Assembly (NCBI GenBank): GCA_910585705.1
Contig: CAJUER010000001.1
Coordinates: 55,342-119,341, forward strand
DNA length: 64,000 nt
Direction: 5' to 3'
DNA from: an uncultured Christensenella sp.
GTDB taxonomy: Bacteria; Bacillota; Clostridia; Christensenellales; Borkfalkiaceae
Shown here: piece by piece, positions 55,573 through 62,946 of the stretch
Position numbering within the stretch: the first letter of the stretch is position 1
How the letters are laid out: every line of letters starts with the position of its first letter
Notes under the pieces: generated by a model
The model's input: the letters and a program-made list of their open reading frames with translations, nothing else
What the model was told of the DNA's origin: nothing
The model's database searches: none
Position numbers and translations under genes: made by a program

Positions 55573-56700
55573 TTATCCTTTAATATCATAATAATCGGAA
55601 GTATAGTTACTTTTCCTAACACCATCATTTAACTTAACCAGTATACCGTCTTCAATCAACGCTTCAAATACATGCTTCTTTAAATGACTTTTTCGTAACA
55701 TCGTTTTCTCCAATATAGGGAGTGCAATATCTTGATATGAAACATGGTTTTTATTTGGCAATCCAAGAATTATCTTTTTTGCGGATTCGGCATTGCAACT
55801 GATGATATATGCTTCATTATCTTTAGCAAATTGCTCTTCCATTATTGGGGTAAAAAATGATAACTGGTTTGTGTCGATTTTGCGAGGATTGCGATAATAA
55901 GATGCACCATTAAATGTTGTCCAAAGAGCGTCTTTGAGAACTTCCAATCCTTTATCTTTAGGAGTTATGTAAATAATTTGGTAAAGCTCCGTATTCGTTT
56001 CCGTATGGAATTCATAATTAAAACTATATTTCATTTTTCCAGTCTTTAATTGGGTGATAATATAGTTTACTAATTCATTTTTGTTGTTAATATTTGCGTT
56101 TGGATTATCAATTACATTATCAATCCTTGTATCCATATCATTATTTCTATTTCTTACCCAATCACTGGTGAAGAGATTAAAAAGAAGCTCACAATAATAT
56201 TGCTGGCAAAATTTCTTTAAGGTAGGGATATGCACAGTACCGAAATCATATGGATCTACATATAGTAATGTTGTTTGTGGATATGAAAACCTCTCTTTAT
56301 TTTGAAGCAAAATTGATAAGTAACCATTTACATCTTTTTGTGAGATGAATATTTTTAAGTTTGGTAGTTTGGTTTTATACACTATGTTAATGACTTCCTT
56401 AAGCACCTCTATTCGCTTTGCGTCAATATCATTTAAGTATAGGTTAAATACACGATCTTTGTGAATAGCCGCAGACTGTATAAATAATTTTAAAACCTCG
56501 ATGGATGTGCAAAAATCTCCATCTTGATAAACCCCAGCATTGGACATACAATCAATAAAATTAATACCTTCGACAAATTGAGCATTGCCTAAAACATACA
56601 ACCAATTTTGTACATAGTTTTTAACATATTTAATTTTATTAGTTGTTTGCGGTTTTTTAAGATCTAACAACTTTTTATATTTCTTTACCAATTCTTGCAT
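55573..56700 (-). CDS. TcmP-like (three-Cys-motif partner protein-like), probable Rossmann/methyltransferase fold
   Basis: 375 aa. N-terminal K-x-x-Y-V-x-x-Y-x-x-x-W pattern followed by INFIDCMSNAGVY (motif-I-like), LYLNDID (motif-II-like acidic) and LLYVDPYDFG (DPPY-like). Recognised from memory of family TIGR04474, not searched. Confidence 0.45.
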   Translation of the reverse strand: MQELVKKYKKLLDLKKPQTTNKIKYVKNYVQNWLYVLGNAQFVEGINFIDCMSNAGVYQDGDFCTSIEVLKLFIQSAAIHKDRVFNLYLNDIDAKRIEVLKEVINIVYKTKLPNLKIFISQKDVNGYLSILLQNKERFSYPQTTLLYVDPYDFGTVHIPTLKKFCQQYYCELLFNLFTSDWVRNRNNDMDTRIDNVIDNPNANINNKNELVNYIITQLKTGKMKYSFNYEFHTETNTELYQIIYITPKDKGLEVLKDALWTTFNGASYYRNPRKIDTNQLSFFTPIMEEQFAKDNEAYIISCNAESAKKIILGLPNKNHVSYQDIALPILEKTMLRKSHLKKHVFEALIEDGILVKLNDGVRKSNYTSDYYDIKG

Positions 56701-56703
56701 AAC

Positions 56704-57051
56704 TTACTCCGAAACTTTGTTGATAATCGATTCGATAAAATCAATTTCCTCATATGTGAGGTGCTTTTTAACATCAGTACCTTTTGAAAATAAAGTTTTG
56801 AATCCTTGTGCCATCAAGAAATTTTCAGCATTTACGTAATATTGCTGAAAGGTAATGGGCGGATTATTATTTACTGTATTCCACACGAGTGTTTCCACGC
56901 AATATTTTTGCATTAGACTGTTGATATGATTTAGCATTTCATCAAATTGTTGAGTGTTATAATAAAATCGCAATTTTTCCACATCATCGATGAAATCAGC
57001 AATTTCTTTAATATCTTTATAGTGTTCAAAAATAGATTTATAATCTTTCAT
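56704..57051 (-). CDS. hypothetical 115-aa protein (orphan, helical, acidic)
   Basis: ATG with GGAG 11 nt upstream. 27 nt after the res stop and 3 nt before the next gene. No recognisable motif. Confidence 0.5.
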   Translation of the reverse strand: MKDYKSIFEHYKDIKEIADFIDDVEKLRFYYNTQQFDEMLNHINSLMQKYCVETLVWNTVNNNPPITFQQYYVNAENFLMAQGFKTLFSKGTDVKKHLTYEEIDFIESIINKVSE

Positions 57052-57078
57052 AGAATCAACACTCCAATAGTATGTAGG

Positions 57079-60036
57079 CTATTCCCTAAACAAATCTTCA
57101 ACAATTTCAACCATTTTATCGCTGTGGAGCTGCTTTCTGTAACGAACATTAGGGACTTCTCGTTGCATTTCTTCAAATAGTTTTTGCGCGCAAGTAATTT
57201 TACGCACTTCTTCCGGGTCAAGCTCGCTATTTTCTTTGTCTTTTGTTTCGACAATCAAATTCAGTTGCTTGCTTCCGTCTTTCTTTTTGACGATATACAT
57301 AAAATCGGGGCTATACGTTCCGTCGGCATAGGTCGGTATTCGTACCGTGCGTTTCGGTATTTTGCCGAATACTTCCACTTCGGCTATTTGCGATTTTATA
57401 TCAAGCGTAATATTGTCTTTTTCAAGCTGTGAATCGTAACAGCAAGCATCATAGAGGTAGTTATCCAAAACCGCTGTATCAGAAGTAAATACTCCGACAT
57501 CATTACGAATTATAGATTTTTTTAGACCGTTCTCATCGCAAAGCGGATCATTGACTTTTACGTCTATCTTTTCATAAGAATACCGTTCATTGAATTTTGC
57601 AATAAACCATAGTCTATATTCATCTACAAATCTTTGCAATGTCTGTTTGCTAAAATATTCGGAAGGTATTGCTCGCGTAGCAAAATGTTCGCATAATGCC
57701 GAATGCATCAACTTAATCGGTATATTTGTGCGTTGCTGTACTTCTCTCAAAAAGACAGAGTACGGCAAAACCTTTTTTACGGTAAAAGAAGTGCCTGCAA
57801 TATCCTCAAAATCAACGCTACCATCAGCGTCGACTTTCTTTGATTTCGCTATTTTAGTTGTAACCGTAGAGCGCCCGTCAATATTTTTTGCAAGGATATC
57901 GGCTATGGCTCTTTTTAGCACATCATCGTCAATTTTTTCAATATGTAAATAGTACTTTTGGTTTATAAGTTTCCATAATTTTTCGAGCTTGCCGAAAATA
58001 TTTTCACGAATACCAATGCGCGCTGTGTTCTGATTTTTGGATTTGTTGATGTCAATAATTTTACCATTAGACAAAGCCTTAAACAAATCGGGATAGGCAA
58101 GCATAAATTCATCTTTTTTATCTTCGATTAAACTAAAGTCTATCGGATCGATAAAGGCTTTAGCAATAATATCACGCAAGAACTCTCGAATATCAATGTG
58201 TTTTGCCTTTGCATATTTTTCAAGGAATTCTCTTGTAATTTTCAGTTCAAGACTAGCATCGCCGTTAATCTCTTTCTTTAATTTATCGGCAAAATCTTTT
58301 TCAGAATAATCAATAATATAACGCAAATACATTTGTTCGTCGCTGATGCGATTACCAAACTCATCTACCGGCAAACGCAACCCGCGCCCGACTTCTTGCA
58401 ATTTGCTTGTTTCACTTCCGCTACTGCGAAGTTTGGCAATGACAAAAACATTCGGATTATCCCAACCTTCTTTCAACGTCCACTTGGAGAAAATGAAGCG
58501 TGTAGGCTCAAAATTTCCATTATCGTCTTTAATACGTATAATTTTGTCTTTTGCTCGAAGAACCTTATCAACTTCGTTTTTAACATCGTCGCTATCGGTA
58601 TTGTTGTCCTCAGAGAAGTATGCAGCGATGGTGTCAGATAAATGATCCAAAGAATATTCAAGATAGGCTTTATACTCTTTGTCCCGTTCTGAAGAAGTAA
58701 GGGACCGAATTTCTGTCTTCAACTTGGTTAGCAGTAAATCTTCAAAGTCTTTCCTTAAATGTCCGTCATTTCGGAAAGATTCTATACTGTCAATAAAGAA
58801 GAGTGAAAGGGTTTTAATTCTATTCAAACGTCTGAAATTATCACGCTCTTTTTCAAAATGCCTGTCGAGAGCTAACGATAGCATCATTTTTTGGAAAGTA
58901 TCACTAAATACTTGCGGATAAATTGAATCGCTCGTATGCAAATCCATACCGTTTGAAAGAGTGATAATGCCTTTATCGATTTTATCTACGGTAACTCCTA
59001 TAAGACTATCATCTATTTCAGCAAGAGACTGACCTATGACTAAATCATACGCCTTCTTGGTTAATTCGTTTTGTAATCTTACCGTTTTTTCTTCACCTTT
59101 ATTTGACGTAATAGACAAAACTTTAATTTTAACTTGTTCTTTCAGTTTGGCTTCTTCGGCAATATATTCAACTTCTACGCCCTTGATAAGATTGTCGTTG
59201 AAGGCATCGCAAGAACCGAGATTAAATACTACGTTTTCGTAATCGAAAACTCCTTTCGATATTTCGGGGAACGTAGCGCCGTACCGAATAACACATTGCG
59301 GTTTTATATTGTCTATCAAGCATTTGAAGGTTTTTTGTGTGCGTGTAAATTTATGCGGCTCGTCGATAATCACAAAAGGGGCAATTTCGCGCAATGTTTC
59401 ATACGGCTTGGTATATACACCCAAAAGCGTTTGATCATAACTTGCACCCATAGTTGCCTTTGATGTAAGCATACCGCTGTTTATTAAAAGCACATCGATT
59501 CTGTTGCCGCCTATGTCTGTCGCGTTAGCAAAATCGACGATGGCAGAAGGAATCATCTTTCTGCCTTTTGTGCTTTTTTGAGAATCCAAAACGTGCAAGC
59601 ATAATTGAGTACCGCCATATAACGCCTGCAAATCTGTCCTCATATAACTCGATGTCAGGAACGACTTTGCACCTTCTTTAATGGGAACGGTAGGAACAAG
59701 TACGATAAATTTATTGATTCCGTAGTGTTTATGTAATTCAAACATAGTGCGGGTATATACATACGTTTTACCCGTACCTGTTTCCATTTTAACGTCTATA
59801 TTCAGATAATCGCTATCCGTATAATTGCGCTTATAGTAATCCGGCAATCTATAATCGTCGGCATAAAAGTCTCCGTTTTGAACAGCGGCTACATTGCGTT
59901 TAATAGCTGGATCGGAAAAATCAACACGTAAGCACTTATTTTTATCTGCACTTGGTATGAAACCAACGCCCGCGAATACACCGCAAACGGCATTTACGGC
60001 ATTCAACTGATGCGGTAAATTATTTTCTAATCTCAT
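57079..60036 (-). CDS. res: Type III restriction enzyme, Res subunit
   Basis: 985 aa. SF2 helicase motif I METGTGKTY, motif II IIDEPHKF, later motifs KLQEVGRGLRL, and C-terminal PD-(D/E)xK nuclease SPDFMY...LIVETKDKE. GAGGTG RBS overlapping the mod stop. Confidence 0.9.
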   Translation of the reverse strand: MRLENNLPHQLNAVNAVCGVFAGVGFIPSADKNKCLRVDFSDPAIKRNVAAVQNGDFYADDYRLPDYYKRNYTDSDYLNIDVKMETGTGKTYVYTRTMFELHKHYGINKFIVLVPTVPIKEGAKSFLTSSYMRTDLQALYGGTQLCLHVLDSQKSTKGRKMIPSAIVDFANATDIGGNRIDVLLINSGMLTSKATMGASYDQTLLGVYTKPYETLREIAPFVIIDEPHKFTRTQKTFKCLIDNIKPQCVIRYGATFPEISKGVFDYENVVFNLGSCDAFNDNLIKGVEVEYIAEEAKLKEQVKIKVLSITSNKGEEKTVRLQNELTKKAYDLVIGQSLAEIDDSLIGVTVDKIDKGIITLSNGMDLHTSDSIYPQVFSDTFQKMMLSLALDRHFEKERDNFRRLNRIKTLSLFFIDSIESFRNDGHLRKDFEDLLLTKLKTEIRSLTSSERDKEYKAYLEYSLDHLSDTIAAYFSEDNNTDSDDVKNEVDKVLRAKDKIIRIKDDNGNFEPTRFIFSKWTLKEGWDNPNVFVIAKLRSSGSETSKLQEVGRGLRLPVDEFGNRISDEQMYLRYIIDYSEKDFADKLKKEINGDASLELKITREFLEKYAKAKHIDIREFLRDIIAKAFIDPIDFSLIEDKKDEFMLAYPDLFKALSNGKIIDINKSKNQNTARIGIRENIFGKLEKLWKLINQKYYLHIEKIDDDVLKRAIADILAKNIDGRSTVTTKIAKSKKVDADGSVDFEDIAGTSFTVKKVLPYSVFLREVQQRTNIPIKLMHSALCEHFATRAIPSEYFSKQTLQRFVDEYRLWFIAKFNERYSYEKIDVKVNDPLCDENGLKKSIIRNDVGVFTSDTAVLDNYLYDACCYDSQLEKDNITLDIKSQIAEVEVFGKIPKRTVRIPTYADGTYSPDFMYIVKKKDGSKQLNLIVETKDKENSELDPEEVRKITCAQKLFEEMQREVPNVRYRKQLHSDKMVEIVEDLFRE

Positions 60037-60044
60037 AATTCACC

Positions 60045-61970
60045 TCAATACCGCAAGATTGGCTCAATCGAAGTTCTGTTTTTCAATGTCTTCAAGTTAG
60101 AGCGTAACGCCGTATTTGTTGTATAGCTAAAAGCATATCCGTATTCAATAATTCTGTCTATGTTCAGTTCGTGAGCTTCAATTTTTCTTACAAGCTCAAT
60201 AATAGACTTTTCAGGCATATCCTCAATCAAGTACAGGCTTGTACCGACTTTGTTATCTGAGAGAAGATAAGCAGTGTAACCGTGCAAATCAACTGTTTGC
60301 ACCATTGCATTAAAGCCGTAGCCGTCTTTTATTTTCCAAGTTTCTAAAACGGTATCCACACCGAATTTACTTTTTATATCTTCTCCGTCGATAGGAAGCA
60401 TAGGATTAAATTCGGTTATTTTATCCAATGTGTTTTTATCCGTTGCTTTCAAGTAATATGTTTTAAAACTCAAATCCACACTTGATGCACTGTCGGGGTT
60501 TGCTTTTTCAATCTTCTTCGCCGCAAGCTGTATCCTTTTTCTGCCAATTTCATCTATCGTAGTATAGCCATTTTCTTCCGCTATAGAGCCGTGAGAAACT
60601 TGCTCGGACAACTGTACCATAATAAATCTATGATTGGTTGTATTAATGGTATTATATTGCATAATTGCATGTGCCATAGAAGCTGAACCTGAGAAGAAAT
60701 CTAAAATAATATTCTCCTCATCATCATTTGTCGCCATTTGACAGATGCGCGCAAGCATCTCGATAGGTTTTGGATAATCGAAAACTTTGCATCCAAACAA
60801 CTCTTTTACTAATAAAGTACCTTTTTCTGTATTAGTATCTTTATCCCACCAAACAGAACGAGCCATTTTACGCGCTTCTCGATATTTTTCAACTATTTGA
60901 AAACCGCCATTTCGCATTGCTTTGGCTTTTATATTAATATTTAAGTTTGCTATTGCTTTATCTTTTCCCCATCTCCAAACAGTTTTAACTCCTTGTGATT
61001 CTAATGGATATAACTTTATCCAATCTTCTTTAGGAGTTAAAGAAATATCATATAACCCATTTTCATCTGCACGAGATGAGTCAATGTAGAATGGATAGTA
61101 TAAATTGGGACGATTTTCCTTGTTGAATTTTATGTTACGATTTCTTAATTCTCTTAATTCATACCCTCCGAATTCGTCAAATTGAGTAAACTCGCCGTCT
61201 TCATCGTCAATCAGGTTTATTTCACATTTATCTGTTTTTCTATAAGCGAGAATATAATCATTCATACGTGCAATACCACCATAATCTCGCCCTCTTGGAT
61301 TCGCAACAACTGTTATTTGTCCAATAAAGTTGCCTTCTCCAAATATCAAGTCGCAAAGCAATTTGGCATTTGTAATTTCATTATCATCTAAACTAATAAA
61401 AATGCATCCATCATTAGAAAGTAAATCTTTCGCCAACTCTAAACGTGGATACATAAAAGTAAGCCAAGCAGAGTGCGTGCTTTTACCTTGCATATCCAAA
61501 ACGCGCTGCGCCTCATCTTCTTCTATATTTATTTTTCTTGCAAGTTCTTCAGCAGTAAACTCAAATTTATCGTTATAAACAAAACCATCCGAGCCCGTGT
61601 TGTATGGGGGATCGATATAGATACACTTTATTTTTTCCGAATAGGAGTATTTCAAGTGTTGCAATGCATCGAGATTATCGCCTACGATATAGACATTTTG
61701 TGAATCGATATTTTTATTTTCTTCGTCGGGTAAAATAACAGTTTCGGAATCAAGACTCGCCAAATAACGGGCATAAGACTTGCCCAAGAAGTCAAGAGAA
61801 TAGCCCTCTTTCTTTATATCAACTTCTTCAGTCCTAATCAAGTCCTCAAACGTTTTCAAATCAAACTTGCCGTCTTTATCAAAGCATTGGGGAAAATCCT
61901 TTTTAAGAAGTTCTATTTCTCGGCTATTGACTTTTGCTTGAGAATTCTTTTCTATTGTTTCTTTTATCAT
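60045..61970 (-). CDS. mod: Type III DNA methyltransferase, Mod subunit (amino-MTase, beta-class motif order)
   Basis: CIYIDPPYNTGSDGF (motif IV) precedes ILDFFSGSASMAHA (motif I). I prefer the ATG at 61970 (GGAG 6 nt upstream); the ORF-track ATG at 61997 has no RBS and lies 12 nt from the predicted -10. Confidence 0.9.
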   Translation of the reverse strand: MIKETIEKNSQAKVNSREIELLKKDFPQCFDKDGKFDLKTFEDLIRTEEVDIKKEGYSLDFLGKSYARYLASLDSETVILPDEENKNIDSQNVYIVGDNLDALQHLKYSYSEKIKCIYIDPPYNTGSDGFVYNDKFEFTAEELARKINIEEDEAQRVLDMQGKSTHSAWLTFMYPRLELAKDLLSNDGCIFISLDDNEITNAKLLCDLIFGEGNFIGQITVVANPRGRDYGGIARMNDYILAYRKTDKCEINLIDDEDGEFTQFDEFGGYELRELRNRNIKFNKENRPNLYYPFYIDSSRADENGLYDISLTPKEDWIKLYPLESQGVKTVWRWGKDKAIANLNINIKAKAMRNGGFQIVEKYREARKMARSVWWDKDTNTEKGTLLVKELFGCKVFDYPKPIEMLARICQMATNDDEENIILDFFSGSASMAHAIMQYNTINTTNHRFIMVQLSEQVSHGSIAEENGYTTIDEIGRKRIQLAAKKIEKANPDSASSVDLSFKTYYLKATDKNTLDKITEFNPMLPIDGEDIKSKFGVDTVLETWKIKDGYGFNAMVQTVDLHGYTAYLLSDNKVGTSLYLIEDMPEKSIIELVRKIEAHELNIDRIIEYGYAFSYTTNTALRSNLKTLKNRTSIEPILRY

Positions 61971-62009
61971 ACCTGACTCCTTTGCCTTGAAAGACATTAT
62001 ACAAGTTTA

Positions 62010-62018
62010 ATTATATCA
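62010..62018 (-). promoter_or_regulatory. extended -10 (TGATATAAT) for the mod-res operon
   Basis: On the minus strand TGATATAAT lies about 40 nt upstream of the 61970 start. No good -35. Confidence 0.4.
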
Positions 62019-62075
62019 TACTTTTTCAAAAAAACATAGCAAATCAATGCGTCTTGTCGAAAATTGGACATAACT

Positions 62076-62344
62076 CTTACCGCGAAAATCGGGTTTCCCG
62101 ATTGTTCCAGCAAGGCGATAGCCGAGCGTCAAAATAACCGATTCCCAAGAATTTTGGTTATTTTCTTTACCTGCTTGTAAAAACAGCGTTTTATTGGCTA
62201 TTTTCCCAAAATAATCGCAGTATGGAAGCAACTATTTATTTAGGATTTTGCTTTAGTTTTGGTGCGTATTGTATACGGAAACAAAGCAGGTAAAGAAAAG
62301 TACACCAAAGTGTCTTTTGAGGTAAGCAATCGGGAAACCCGATT
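62076..62344. repeat. nested inverted repeats (18-nt and 16-nt perfect arms) forming a potential ~270-nt cruciform/stem-loop
   Basis: AATCGGGTTTCCCGATTG (62087-62104) versus CAATCGGGAAACCCGATT (62327-62344). TTTTCTTTACCTGCTT (62161-62176) versus AAGCAGGTAAAGAAAA (62284-62299). Extra CTTACC/GGTAAG arms and an internal hairpin AAAATAACC/GGTTATTTT (62131-62164). Confidence 0.75.
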
Positions 62345-62390
62345 CTTTTGTTAGATAAATTTTCACCTTCTTGATTGCAAAACCGAGAAT

Positions 62391-62828
62391 AAGTGTACTT
62401 GGTTATATGGGGATATACAAAGTTTTTTCGTCGTTTCGGTTGTATTTCTCAAAAAAGTGTCCTAGGAGATATAGAAGGGGTAAGAAAATTTTTTGAAAAA
62501 GTTTCGGTTCAGACCGTCAACTTTTTGCTATAACTGTGCTTGGTATAGTAGAGGGAGAAAGATTAAAGGTTGATGAAATTTTCGTCCACGCGTAAATATT
62601 TTCGAGATAAGTGTGCTTGGATAAGTGAAGGGAATTTTTCATTAGACCCCGAACTTTTAAAGAAAAGTGTGCTTGGTTATATAGAGGGGTAATAAAAAGT
62701 TTGCCTTAGACCGTGTACTTTTCGGGATATGTGTGCTTGGTTATATGGAGGGACTTGAAAATTCTTTTGAGAATTTCTACTCAGACCGCCACGTTTTGGA
62801 GATAAGTGTGCTTGGTTAAGTAGGGAGT
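62391..62828 (+). repeat. seven-unit degenerate bipartite tandem array (consensus AGACCG-N15-AAGTGTGCTTGGTTATATGGAGGG), non-coding
   Basis: Core copies start at 62391, 62455, 62532, 62609, 62665, 62729 and 62804 (spacings 64, 77, 77, 56, 64, 75 nt). An AGACC(G/C) box lies exactly 21 nt upstream of the core in four units (62511, 62644, 62708, 62783). Confidence 0.85.
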
Positions 62829-62863
62829 ATTTTAAGGAGGTACAACTATGAGCGGATAAACTC

Positions 62864-62892
62864 TTGACAAACAACTCCATATAGAGTAAAAT
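62864..62892 (+). promoter_or_regulatory. near-consensus sigma-A promoter
   Basis: TTGACA, 17-nt spacer, TAAAAT, directly after the last array unit and 55 nt upstream of the ATG at 62947. Confidence 0.65.
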
Positions 62893-62900
62893 ATATTCAG

Positions 62901-62914
62901 TCGTATATATACGA
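62901..62914. promoter_or_regulatory. perfect 14-bp palindrome TCGTATATATACGA at the predicted transcription start (candidate operator)
   Basis: Lies 9 nt downstream of the -10 hexamer and upstream of the GGAGGAAAG RBS. Confidence 0.4.
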
Positions 62915-62946
62915 TTATATATATTTACCCTACGGAGGAAAGAACA

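Noticed and set aside
60045-61997. Phase-variable simple-sequence repeat in mod
   Set aside because: Reading the gene, I saw no long homopolymer or tetra/penta-nucleotide tract of the kind that drives Type III mod phase variation.
62016-62231. 71-aa minus-strand ORF upstream of mod
   Set aside because: It has a TTG start and no RBS. It spans the inverted-repeat arms and the predicted mod promoter, so it is more likely non-coding.
62391-62828. CRISPR array interpretation of the tandem repeats
   Set aside because: The period varies from 56 to 77 nt and the repeats are degenerate rather than near-identical. The inter-repeat segments share conserved boxes (AGACCG, CTTTT), so they are not unique spacers. 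No cas genes are present in the window.
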